Origin: Dehalococcoidia bacterium
GTDB taxonomy: Bacteria; Chloroflexota; Dehalococcoidia; Plut-88900
Assembly (NCBI GenBank): GCA_965207225.1
Contig: CBDBLV010000004.1
Coordinates: 256,001-320,000 of the forward strand
Direction: 5' to 3'
Length of the DNA: 64,000 nucleotides
Made by a program: the position numbers and the translations under genes. Of this stretch, positions 27,647 through 36,772 are shown piece after piece. The notes beneath the pieces are model-generated. The model had not been told where the DNA came from, did not search any database, and saw only the letters and a program-made list of their open reading frames with translations. The stretch's first letter is position 1, and the number at the start of each line of letters is the position of its first letter.

Positions 27647-28960
27647 TCACTCCTGCAACAACTCCTGGAACCTCTCAATCATCATCTGGCCCTCGTTTAA
27701 GTTGGTGCCCAGCCAGAACTCATCCATGATGATGACCTTCTCCAATGCTATTGGTGAAGTAGGCAGGGCTTCAACTATTGCGGGGTCCAGTACGGAGGGC
27801 GCCAAAGCTACGGCCTCGGGGTGCAGCGGTCCGTAGGTGATGTAGTTGGAAACTTCCACTGCATTCTCGGGGAAGCCCATCCACGCCAGGTACAACTCCG
27901 CCAATTCCTTGTTCTCCGAGCCGTTGACTATGGCATAAACGCCCGTCTGATTTATGTGACCACACTCGTAGCAGTAGTACAGGGGAGAATTGTCATCCTC
28001 CTGCTGGGCGTTCCAGATCCTGCCGTTCCAGGCAGTGCAGGTATCGTAGTCTCCTGCTATGAGCCCCTGCGGGCAGTCGGTGCCCGTGTGCCACCAGTTG
28101 ACCAGGTGGTCCTTGATCACCCGGAGATGAGTAAAGGACTCGTCAAGCTGTGCGTCGTCCAGGCTGCTGATGCTGGCCCTACCCTCGACGGATTCCATCT
28201 TCTCGGGGTATAGAGCCATTTGGGCAAAAATCACGTTCTCGTTGGGGCGGTCTCCCATGGACCTGAGTCCCGATACACCGTCGACGTCCCAGAAGTCGAC
28301 CCAGTCTTTGGGCGCGCCTTCGTGGTTGGGGTAGGCGTCCAGGCTGTAGGCCAGTCCGGTGGACCAGAGAACACCTGCGCCTCCACTCCAGGGCGTTTGA
28401 GTGATTTCCGGATAGGCAAGTGTGTAACCGTTGTGGATTGCCGGGTCCAGTTCTTCCAGGTGGCCAGGGATGCCGAGGGTGTAGACCCACCTGGTGCCGA
28501 AGTCCACTACGTCCCATGTTACGTTGCCGGTCTCGGACATCGCCTGGATCTTGGCCAACTCGACAGGACTGTCTTCGACAATCTGTATGCCAAACTTCTC
28601 GGCGAAGGGGATCATGTGGCCCTGGCGAATCGCTGCCTGCCAGCCACCGCCCCAGCTGGTCTGGGTGAAGCTGTCGCCGCGGTATTTGGTCAGTTCAGCC
28701 TCGATCTCCTCCAGTGTCGCAGGCTCTTCGGCCGTCCACTCGGATCTAGGCCTGACGTGGCTGACCATTGCGTCGCCATCGTCCATGGCGGCGTCATCGT
28801 CCATGGTGGTCTCGGGCTCTTCAGCCTCGGGTTCCGGGGTAGCCGTAGCCGCCTCCCCACAAGCCGCCAATACGAGAAGAAGGGCCATGAGGCCAGCTAC
28901 GGCAAGTACGGCCCAACTCTTCTTAATCTTGCGCCTGGCAAATGAACTCGTACGTTTCAT
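27647..28960 (-). CDS. PotD/PotF-like solute-binding lipoprotein, paralog
   Basis: SD GAGGAGG before ATG 28960; lipobox LAAC; SWGGGWQ, VTWDVVD, AWNGR; clearly homologous to its neighbour. Confidence 0.88.
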   Translation of the reverse strand: MKRTSSFARRKIKKSWAVLAVAGLMALLLVLAACGEAATATPEPEAEEPETTMDDDAAMDDGDAMVSHVRPRSEWTAEEPATLEEIEAELTKYRGDSFTQTSWGGGWQAAIRQGHMIPFAEKFGIQIVEDSPVELAKIQAMSETGNVTWDVVDFGTRWVYTLGIPGHLEELDPAIHNGYTLAYPEITQTPWSGGAGVLWSTGLAYSLDAYPNHEGAPKDWVDFWDVDGVSGLRSMGDRPNENVIFAQMALYPEKMESVEGRASISSLDDAQLDESFTHLRVIKDHLVNWWHTGTDCPQGLIAGDYDTCTAWNGRIWNAQQEDDNSPLYYCYECGHINQTGVYAIVNGSENKELAELYLAWMGFPENAVEVSNYITYGPLHPEAVALAPSVLDPAIVEALPTSPIALEKVIIMDEFWLGTNLNEGQMMIERFQELLQE

Positions 28961-29092
28961 AGTCCCTCCTCTCTGGTAGTCCAATTGTCAGCTAGCTTGA
29001 CGATTTCCGTCTGGACAGGCAATGGATTAACCCTTCGGGAAGTACCGCCGCTCTGCTAGCTGGGCAGCCCCTTCCCCCGTATAGATTAGGGG

Positions 29093-29121
29093 ATTCTATA
29101 GACGCACCGCCCTCTTGTCAA
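29093..29121 (-). promoter_or_regulatory. Sigma70-type promoter of the SBP gene
   Basis: TTGACA-N17-TAGAAT. Confidence 0.75.
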
Positions 29122-29222
29122 ATTGCTCGTGGCTAAATGGGCCTTTGCCAGGCTAAGGAATCAACTGCCCTCGAAAGGCGCAATGGTATACTCCCTCCCA
29201 ACCCAGCCCCGAGAGGTGTAAC

Positions 29223-30377
29223 TTGCAGCACAACCCCAACCTTCCCTTCACCGCCGAAGAGTACCGTACTCGCGTTGAAACGACCCTCGCCGCCATGGAG
29301 GAAAAGGGCGTCGACGGCCTGATGATTCACTCCCCGGAGAACATCTACTATCTGACCGGTTATCACAGCGTAGGGTATTTCACCTACACGGCTCTCATCC
29401 TGACCCCCAAGGGGGCCACCATAGTCATCCGGGACCTGATATCCAGCATGGTCGAACACACTTCGTGGGTGGATGACGTACAGGGCTGGACCGACATCCA
29501 GAACCCCATCGAGACCACAAAGAAGGCCCTGGATTCCGCAGGGCTCATCGGCAAGAACGTCGGGTACGACGAGCAGGCCTGGTTCTACAACATAGGCCAC
29601 CACAAAGCGCTGGTCGAGGCGTCAGGCACAACAAACTTCGTGGAGACGGCGGGCCTGGTTGAGGCCGTGCGTAGAGTCAAGTCTCCCCAGGAGATCGAAT
29701 ACATCAGGGAGGCGGCGCAGACCTGCAAGGCAGCCATGCAGGGATGCATCGACGCCATAGAGGAGGGCGCCACCGAGAACGATGCCGCAGCCTCCGCCTA
29801 CTACGAGTCCATAAAGGCCGGCAGCGAGTACCTCGGCCACGCCATGCTGGTAGCCACCGGCTCCCGAGGCGGCCTCGGGTTCACCACTTGGGAACGCAAC
29901 CGCATCAACCGCGGCGACCTTCTCTACCTGGAGATGGGCGGGAGCTACAGGCGCTACAACGCCTGCCTTTCCAGGGGCGTGGTCGTCGGCGAACCCTCAG
30001 ATCAGGCGAAGCGCCTCGCCGACGCCTCACGCGGGGCCCTGGAACGGGCCATCGAGGCCATGCAGCCGGGCGCATCTTCGGCCTCCGTCGACAGGGCCGC
30101 CCGGGGCTACATGGAGAGCCTGGGCCTTTCCGAGCATTTCCAGCACCGCTGCGGCTACCTGATTGGTGTCGGCTTCCCTCCCGACTGGGGAGAAGGCCGC
30201 ATCATGAGCCTCATCGAAAACGACGAGACTCCGCTGGAGCCCGGCCTCGTCTTCCACCTCGTCCCCGACGTGAAGATAGACGGCGAAATCGGCGTTATCT
30301 ACTCAGATACGGTCCTGGTCACCGACTCGGGCCCCGAGGTGCTGTCGGACTTCCCCCGCGACCTCGTCGTCAAGTAG
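29223..30377 (+). CDS. M24 (pita-bread) hydrolase, ectoine hydrolase/creatinase-like
   Basis: Creatinase_N domain (NIYYLTGY), KSPQEI, GYLIGVGFPPDWGE, FHL. Confidence 0.82.
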   Translation: MQHNPNLPFTAEEYRTRVETTLAAMEEKGVDGLMIHSPENIYYLTGYHSVGYFTYTALILTPKGATIVIRDLISSMVEHTSWVDDVQGWTDIQNPIETTKKALDSAGLIGKNVGYDEQAWFYNIGHHKALVEASGTTNFVETAGLVEAVRRVKSPQEIEYIREAAQTCKAAMQGCIDAIEEGATENDAAASAYYESIKAGSEYLGHAMLVATGSRGGLGFTTWERNRINRGDLLYLEMGGSYRRYNACLSRGVVVGEPSDQAKRLADASRGALERAIEAMQPGASSASVDRAARGYMESLGLSEHFQHRCGYLIGVGFPPDWGEGRIMSLIENDETPLEPGLVFHLVPDVKIDGEIGVIYSDTVLVTDSGPEVLSDFPRDLVVK

Positions 30378-30397
30378 GGCAGGTCAGTAACTAAGAA

Positions 30398-30424
30398 GTA
30401 GGGGCGGCACAGAGCCGCCCCTAC
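30398..30424. terminator. GTAG-tagged palindrome, probable bidirectional terminator
   Basis: gtaggggcggc-acaga-gccgcccctac between convergent genes. Confidence 0.65.
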
Positions 30425-30448
30425 GTGGCTAATCAGTCTTATTTGAGG

Positions 30449-31426
30449 CTAACGCGTCTCCCGACGCGCTATCCACCTTGGCTGGTCGCAGATGTCGCCG
30501 AGGAACTCCATCACCGTGTGCGCCGCCAGGTAGGACGTTACGCCGGTGCCTACGTCCAGCTGTGGGTTAACCTCGCACAGGTCAAAGCCTATAACGTCGG
30601 TGTGCTCGGCGATGACCTTCAGGGTTTTCTTCAACTCCTCGTACATCATGCCGTTGGGCTCCGCCGACACGCAGCCCGGGACCAGGCTCATGTCCAGCAC
30701 GTCGATATCTATTGAGACGTAGACCTTGGCATCCGAAGGCAGCTCTTCTACCAGGTTCTTTTGCCCAACGTCCCGAAATTCTTCCATGCTGACGATGCGA
30801 TTGCCGTCCCGGAACGAATCGTCGACGTACTCTTTCACGTTGCGCAGGCTCCGGATCCCGACCTGGTAAATGGTGTCAACGTTAGCCATCGCGTTTATGT
30901 GCCTGAAAGCATGCCCGTTTGTGTATTCGAAGCCGTGCATAAACGGGGTGTAGTCGATGTGTGCATCGAAATGGAATACGTACAGCGGCTGTTCATCGAA
31001 GGCCCGGACAACGGGGAAGCTGACGGCATGGTCGCCTCCCAGAACAACGGGCATAGCGCCCTTTTCCAGCACCTTCTTGGTCATGGCGGTAATGTTGTAG
31101 AAGGAGTCTTCAGCGTTGGTCGGAATTATTGGTGCATCCCCGACATCGGCGATGCGCCCGTTCTTCATCTCGTACTCCAGGTACTCCTTGTCCTCCGAGA
31201 AGTTGTAGAACCCTTCTTGTCCAAACCTCAAGGAGTGTTGTCGGATGCTCTGGGGTGCGAACCGGGCCCCACCCATGAACGGCGATCCCTCGTCCGTCGG
31301 GGCGCCCATGACCGCGATGTCGGCTTCCAGCTGATCCAGGTCCGTCACGATCCTCGACCGGAGGAACGACGGTATCCCGCTGAAAGGCCAGACCTTCGGG
31401 CCCCGATACATATCTTGCTGTGCCAT
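30449..31426 (-). CDS. Agmatinase-family ureohydrolase
   Basis: GGDH, DAHID, SIDIDVLD canonical metal motifs. Confidence 0.9.
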   Translation of the reverse strand: MAQQDMYRGPKVWPFSGIPSFLRSRIVTDLDQLEADIAVMGAPTDEGSPFMGGARFAPQSIRQHSLRFGQEGFYNFSEDKEYLEYEMKNGRIADVGDAPIIPTNAEDSFYNITAMTKKVLEKGAMPVVLGGDHAVSFPVVRAFDEQPLYVFHFDAHIDYTPFMHGFEYTNGHAFRHINAMANVDTIYQVGIRSLRNVKEYVDDSFRDGNRIVSMEEFRDVGQKNLVEELPSDAKVYVSIDIDVLDMSLVPGCVSAEPNGMMYEELKKTLKVIAEHTDVIGFDLCEVNPQLDVGTGVTSYLAAHTVMEFLGDICDQPRWIARRETR

Positions 31427-31517
31427 CTTTCAGTCCTTTATGTTGAGTAAGGGTATTGCCCTATACAGACTACAGGTCTTGTATGGATGCTTTATGTAGA
31501 GCGTCCAACCGTGCCAA

Positions 31518-32597
31518 TCAGTTGGTGCTGAACCCGTAAAGGGAGCCCGCATTGGAGCTCACTATCATCTGCTTGTGCTCCTCCTCCACCCCGACAAACT
31601 GCCTTTCGATAGCCGCCCGCGAGTGAGGCCACGTGCCTTCGTGGTGGGGGTAGTCGTTGCCCCATAGCAGGCACCCGGCGCCCGTGAAGGAGATGTTGGA
31701 CAGGCCCACCGCATCCTCCCCGAAGGTGGCGTAACCTTGCCGCCGGAAGTAATCGCTGGGCTTCATGTCCAGCTTGGGACGGACGTACATGTGGTGCTTG
31801 TCCGCACCCTCGTCCATGGCGAGCATGTTCCACGCTATCCACCCTATCCCCGACTCCACGATCACGAACTTCATATTCGGGTACTTCATCAGCACGCCGG
31901 AGGAGCACAGGTAGGTGACCACGTCTATCCCGTCGACCAGCGCTCCCATCACGTAGTTGATGATTGCGCCGCCCGGGCCCCTTTCAATCCGCGGGTCCCG
32001 ACCGCTGCTGATGTGGAAGTTCGCCGGCACACCCACTTCCTCGATTGCTGCCCAGAGGGGGTCGTACTCGGGGCGGTTGTAGGGGACCGTCGGCTTGCTG
32101 GGCAGGAACATGGACCCGAGACCCATCTTCGCAGTCCTGTACACCTCGTCCACCGCGCCCTCGATATCCAGCACGGGAATCAGAGCCGCCAGCGCGAATC
32201 TGTCCCTGTGTGTTCCAAAGAGCTCGGCGGCCCAGTCGTTGTAGGTGCGGGCAGCGGCAAGCTGGAACCCGGGGTCCGGAGACGCCGTCAGTTCAAGGCC
32301 GTAGTTGGGGTAGATAACCTCTCCGGCCACGCCGTCCGTGTCCTGGGCCTCGAGCCTGACTTTCACGTCCCACCCGTCCTCAACGGCGTTCTCCCGAAGC
32401 AGGTCGTCCTTGTCCATCTCCTCTGTGCCCAGCTCTACGCGTCTCGGGCGCATTCCGTCGCGGATCTCGAGGAGCTTTCCATCTACAACCTTACGGTGCG
32501 GCGCCTTATGTCGGAACTCCGCCGGCATCCTTTCCTGCCACATGCTCAATGGTTCGTTTACGTGGGAGTCCGCCGATATCAGCTTGTAGTCCATCAT
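31518..32597 (-). CDS. Amidohydrolase_2 family protein
   Basis: SADSH, YNDW, NFH, ESGIGW, WGNDYPH. Confidence 0.88.
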   Translation of the reverse strand: MMDYKLISADSHVNEPLSMWQERMPAEFRHKAPHRKVVDGKLLEIRDGMRPRRVELGTEEMDKDDLLRENAVEDGWDVKVRLEAQDTDGVAGEVIYPNYGLELTASPDPGFQLAAARTYNDWAAELFGTHRDRFALAALIPVLDIEGAVDEVYRTAKMGLGSMFLPSKPTVPYNRPEYDPLWAAIEEVGVPANFHISSGRDPRIERGPGGAIINYVMGALVDGIDVVTYLCSSGVLMKYPNMKFVIVESGIGWIAWNMLAMDEGADKHHMYVRPKLDMKPSDYFRRQGYATFGEDAVGLSNISFTGAGCLLWGNDYPHHEGTWPHSRAAIERQFVGVEEEHKQMIVSSNAGSLYGFSTN

Positions 32598-32655
32598 TCC
32601 CCTGCTCCTTTCAGTCCCCGCTCAACTCGTCGCTCTCGAAGTCTGGGCGTCCAGT

Positions 32656-33864
32656 TTAGCCGAATGCTCCTTCTCCCTTCAATCGGGCGACCTCCTCCGC
32701 ACTGTACCCCCCGACACCCGTCATCACCTCTTCATTGTGCTCGCCCAGGCCCGGCGCCGCCGAAACCCGACCCACCGGCGTCCCCGAAAAGGCCAGGGGC
32801 ACCCCGGCCGAAGCCATCTTTCCCCTAGTCGGGTGGTCTACGTCGACGATGTAGTTGTTGGCCCGGGCCTGGGGGTCGGCGGCCAGTTCCGCTGTTGAGT
32901 TGACAGGAGAGTAGGCCATTTCCAGCCCAGCTTCCTTGAGTGTGTCCAGCCATTCGGCGAGGGTCTTCTTCGCGAAAATGTCGTCCAGTTGTCCCATCAG
33001 GCTTGCCCAGTTCTCATCCTGCGGCGATGTCGCCGCCAACCCCTCCGCCCCGATGGCGCTGCAGAACTCACCCCACCACCTGTCGGGGTCCGGTTCGCAG
33101 AACATGATCCACCGGCCGTCGGCGCACTGGTACCAGTTATAGAGGAGGCTCGTGGCTTTCTTCCTGTCATTGCGGGAATACAGAGGAGACCCTTCACCGG
33201 GCGGCAGGTTCAGGTCGGGAAACTTCTCCGCCCACAGCGCATAGTTCACCGCCCCGTGCTGGAAGTGCATCGCGCTCCCCAGCAGCGACCCCTGCACCAT
33301 CTGCCCCCGACCCGTCCGCTCCCGGCTCACCAGCGCTGCCAGTATGCCGTAGGTCATCACCGTGGCCGTCGTCTGGTCGAATAGCCCCCCTTCCAGGAGC
33401 AGCGGTTCGGCTTGCAGGCCCCCGCTGACGATGGACGTAAAGCCGCTCCGGGCCTGTACCAGAGCCTCGAAGGCGCGCCGGTCCTTGTCCTTGCCCATCG
33501 GGCCCCAGGCCCCGACCTGCCCATACACCAGCCTGCTGTTTATCCCCGAAAGGGTCTCGTAGTCCGCCCCCAACCGTTCCAATAGGGCAGGAGGGAAGTT
33601 GGAGACGAAGATGTCGGCCTTGCCGATGAGCCGGTGCAGCGCCTCCCGCCCCGACTCCTTCTTCAGGTCCAGGGTTACGCTCTTTTTGCTGCGGTTGACG
33701 GCGTCGAACCAGAAGGTGCCCCGGGAGCGGGTGGGGTCTCCGCCGTCGGGGCGCTCAATTTTGATAACCTCCGCCCCCAGGTCTCCCAGTATGTACCCGA
33801 TGGGAGGCCCGACGTGTATCACCGCCATCTCAACGACTCTGATTCCATCTAACGGTCCGGGCAT
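32656..33864 (-). CDS. Class III CoA transferase (CaiB/BaiF)
   Basis: GPLDGIRVVE, LGAEVIKIE, NRSKKS, catalytic D in LFDQ, APGLGEHN. Confidence 0.92.
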   Translation of the reverse strand: MPGPLDGIRVVEMAVIHVGPPIGYILGDLGAEVIKIERPDGGDPTRSRGTFWFDAVNRSKKSVTLDLKKESGREALHRLIGKADIFVSNFPPALLERLGADYETLSGINSRLVYGQVGAWGPMGKDKDRRAFEALVQARSGFTSIVSGGLQAEPLLLEGGLFDQTTATVMTYGILAALVSRERTGRGQMVQGSLLGSAMHFQHGAVNYALWAEKFPDLNLPPGEGSPLYSRNDRKKATSLLYNWYQCADGRWIMFCEPDPDRWWGEFCSAIGAEGLAATSPQDENWASLMGQLDDIFAKKTLAEWLDTLKEAGLEMAYSPVNSTAELAADPQARANNYIVDVDHPTRGKMASAGVPLAFSGTPVGRVSAAPGLGEHNEEVMTGVGGYSAEEVARLKGEGAFG

Positions 33865-33885
33865 GGCTCTTCTCCCATCATGTTT

Positions 33886-35286
33886 CTATCTGGCGATATC
33901 CGGAACTTTATCGGCCCACGGCCGCGCCTTTTCCAGCGCCGCCGACGCCCGCAGCACGCTCATCTCATCCCCCCACCTGCCCACGATCTGCAACCCAATC
34001 GGCATCCCTTCCGAGGAGAAGCCACACGGCACACTCGCTGCCGGATTACCCGACAAATTAAAGCTGGCCGTAAAGGGAGTCGCGCCCCAGAGTTTGTTGA
34101 CCCGCTGGCCCATGATATCTCTAGGTCTCGATCCGATTGGGTAGGCCGGAACCGCCGTGGTGGGAGTCAGCAGCAAGTCATACTCCTCGAAAAAGTCCTC
34201 CATGCGCGCCCTGAACTTCCAGAGCTTGGCCATTGCCCGGGCGTAGTCCGCTCCCGTGGCCCGGCTACCGGCCTCGATAGTGGATTTGACGTAGCCCATC
34301 AGCTCGTCGGGATGGGACTTAAGGAGGACACCCGAGCCAACGTAGTCTTCCACTATCACTATCGTCCCAAAGATCTCGAAGGGCGCACCCGACTCCGGTG
34401 TCGCATCCTCAAGAGTACAGCCCATGCCTTCGAACAGTTCAGCCGTTTCCCTGGTTACAGAGAGCACCTCTGGGTCTACTGTCCCAAACCCGAGGTCTGA
34501 GCTCCAGGCAATCTTGAGCCCCTTCACGTCGCCGTCCAGGGCTTTTAGATAGTCCGGCGGCTGAGATCGTATGGCGAGGCTGTCTCCGGAGTCGTGCCCT
34601 GAAATCAAGTTGAGCATTAGGGCCGAGTCCCTTACCGTCCGGCTCATGGGGCCCGGGTCCGAGAAGAGGGACCAGCCGTTGTCACGCGTCGGGACGCGCC
34701 CGTGGGTGGCCTTGATGCCGTACAAACCGCAGAAGGATGAGGGAATCCTGATAGAGCCTCCTCCGTCACTTCCCGTAGCCAGTGAGCACATATAGGAGGC
34801 TAGAGCAGCCCCCGACCCTCCGCTGGAACCGCCGCTCGTGCGGGTCGGGTCCCAGGGATTCCGGCAGTCGTCGCCCAGCCGGTTCTCCGTGCTGGTCGAC
34901 TCTCCAAACTCCGGTGTGTTCGTCTTCCCCAGGACAATGGCCCCGGCCTTCTTCAGCCGCTCTACGATTATCGAGTCCTGGTCCGGCACCCAGTCCTTGA
35001 ACACCAGGGACCCGAAAGTGGTCCTCACCCCCTTGGTAGCCTCCAGGTCCTTCACCGCTACGGGTATACCGTGAAGGGGCAGGGAGTCGGAGCCCGCGGT
35101 TGCCTCTGCTTCTCGCGCCGACTTTAAGGCCTCGTCTCCGCACACTGTAAGAAAGGCGTTGAGGGTCGGGTTGAGAGCCTCAATCTGCCGAAGGCACACC
35201 TCCGTAAGTTCAACAGGAGACACTTTGCGTGCAGATATCAGTTGAGCCAGTTCGGTTGTGTCTTTCTTAAGAAGGTCTTGGGTCAT
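33886..35286 (-). CDS. Amidase signature family enzyme
   Basis: KD, GKTNTPEF, GGSSGGS, GSDGGGSIRIP. Confidence 0.93.
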   Translation of the reverse strand: MTQDLLKKDTTELAQLISARKVSPVELTEVCLRQIEALNPTLNAFLTVCGDEALKSAREAEATAGSDSLPLHGIPVAVKDLEATKGVRTTFGSLVFKDWVPDQDSIIVERLKKAGAIVLGKTNTPEFGESTSTENRLGDDCRNPWDPTRTSGGSSGGSGAALASYMCSLATGSDGGGSIRIPSSFCGLYGIKATHGRVPTRDNGWSLFSDPGPMSRTVRDSALMLNLISGHDSGDSLAIRSQPPDYLKALDGDVKGLKIAWSSDLGFGTVDPEVLSVTRETAELFEGMGCTLEDATPESGAPFEIFGTIVIVEDYVGSGVLLKSHPDELMGYVKSTIEAGSRATGADYARAMAKLWKFRARMEDFFEEYDLLLTPTTAVPAYPIGSRPRDIMGQRVNKLWGATPFTASFNLSGNPAASVPCGFSSEGMPIGLQIVGRWGDEMSVLRASAALEKARPWADKVPDIAR

Positions 35287-35409
35287 GGATCAAGCGTCCT
35301 TGTGAGTTGGGCCGCACAGATGCTCCCGTGCGGTCGTGGCGATTATAGGAATCGCCCAACAACACGGTCAAGAAACTCCGCCTCCCTCCCCGTCCCTCCC
35401 CCTAATCCG

Positions 35410-35856
35410 CCATTCCGGCCCCCGACCCGGAATCCATCCCCCTCCCCTCCGTCATTCCCGAGTAGTCGGGAATCCAAGGGTGGGGTGGTGCGGGGTGTCC
35501 AATCCCCTCCCCGTAGGGGCGACCGGCGGGTCGCCCTGGGGCGGGGCCGCTCATGCTGAGGTCGCTCGAAGCATGTCCTGAGCTACGTCGAAGGGTATGA
35601 GCGGGGGGGAGGCCCGCGCCTTGCCAATTGTCACCCCCTGTCAGTACAATCCAAATCCCTCCAACCCATCACGCTTGTCTTCCACCATTCCGCGCCCTCC
35701 CCTGTAATTCCGATGCCCCGCGAGGAATCTGGGGAGGGGTGGGCGGGCCCCTCTCCCCCCAGTACCGAACTAGAGGCAGGGGTTGGCGCATAAGCGCCAA
35801 CCCCTGCCTCTGTTTTTTCTCCCCCTCTCCCTTATAGGCCCTAAGGGAGAGGGGGA
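35410..35856 (+). repeat. Mosaic array of several palindromic REP-like repeats
   Basis: cattccgg..ccggaatcca; gtcattcccg..cgggaatcca; gtaggggcgacc..ggtcgccct; gtcctgagc..cgaagg; attccgatgccccgcgaggaatct; 18-bp stem 35772-35811; ccctctccc..gggagaggg. Confidence 0.75.
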
Positions 35857-36021
35857 TCAAGGGGGTGAGGGTTCCCCCTGCTACACGCGAAATCCCCCGC
35901 AATCCCTTCAGCCGTCATTCAATCAAACCAGCTACGAGTTCAATCAACGTTCAATCAAAACTCTCCCGGTCGGCGACCCATTTGTAACCCCGAAACCTCG
36001 ACCCTATAATTGAAACCCGCC

Positions 36022-36759
36022 ATGCCCGACTCCAAGGCCCGCGCCTCCATCTTTATCACCTGCCTCGTGGACCAGTTCTACCCCCAGGTCGGCGAGGCCA
36101 TGGTCAAGGTGCTGAGGGACCAGGGCGTGCAGCTATCCTTCCCCCAGGCCCAGACCTGCTGCGGCCAACCCGCCTTCAACGCCGGCTACCAGTCCGAGGC
36201 CCGGGACCTCGCCAAGCGCTTCATCTCCATCTTCGACGGCGACTCCTATGTCGTAGCCCCCTCCGGCTCCTGCACGTCCATGGTCCGGGTCTTCTACCCC
36301 GACCTCTTCAAGGATGACCCGAATATGCTTGAAAAGGCCCAGATCCTTGGCGCCCGGACCTATGAGTTCTCCGAGTTCCTGGTCAAGGTGCTCGGCGTCA
36401 CGGAGGTCGGAGCCTCACATTCAGGCTCGGTAGCCTATCACCCCTCGTGCCATCTCCTCCGGGAACTCAAGGTCAGATCGGAACCCGGGCAGCTCCTCCA
36501 GAACGTGAAGGGTCTAGAGATCAAAGACCTCCCCGACGCTGAGCAGTGCTGCGGGTTCGGCGGTTCCTTCGCCGTGAAGTACCCTCACATCTCCGGCTCC
36601 ATCCTTGAGCGCAAGTTGGACTGCATCCGGAAGTCGGGCCCCGACACCTTAGTCGCCAACGACGCCGGCTGTCTCATGCACATGGCCGGGGGCCTTAAAC
36701 GCCAGAAAATCCCCGTCCAGGCCCGACATATTGCCGAAATCCTCGCATCCAGGGAGTAG
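36022..36759 (+). CDS. lutA: Lactate utilization protein A (CCG-domain Fe-S)
   Basis: FITCLVD, QTCCGQPA, SGSC, HPSCH, CCGFGGSF; TATAAT at 36005. Confidence 0.92.
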   Translation: MPDSKARASIFITCLVDQFYPQVGEAMVKVLRDQGVQLSFPQAQTCCGQPAFNAGYQSEARDLAKRFISIFDGDSYVVAPSGSCTSMVRVFYPDLFKDDPNMLEKAQILGARTYEFSEFLVKVLGVTEVGASHSGSVAYHPSCHLLRELKVRSEPGQLLQNVKGLEIKDLPDAEQCCGFGGSFAVKYPHISGSILERKLDCIRKSGPDTLVANDAGCLMHMAGGLKRQKIPVQARHIAEILASRE

Positions 36760-36772
36760 CCCAACCCCTCTA

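Noticed and set aside
28961-29092. Known SAM-I, glycine or guanidine riboswitch
   Set aside because: Diagnostic conserved motifs not found; reported only as an unclassified structured leader.
33886-35286. gatA partner of gatB
   Set aside because: Generic amidase in a catabolic operon, 11 kb from gatB, with no gatC and no GatA-specific motifs recognised.
35400-35880. Possible CRISPR array (also 49215-49680)
   Set aside because: Repeats are heterogeneous with irregular spacing and no cas genes; they fit REP-like palindromes.
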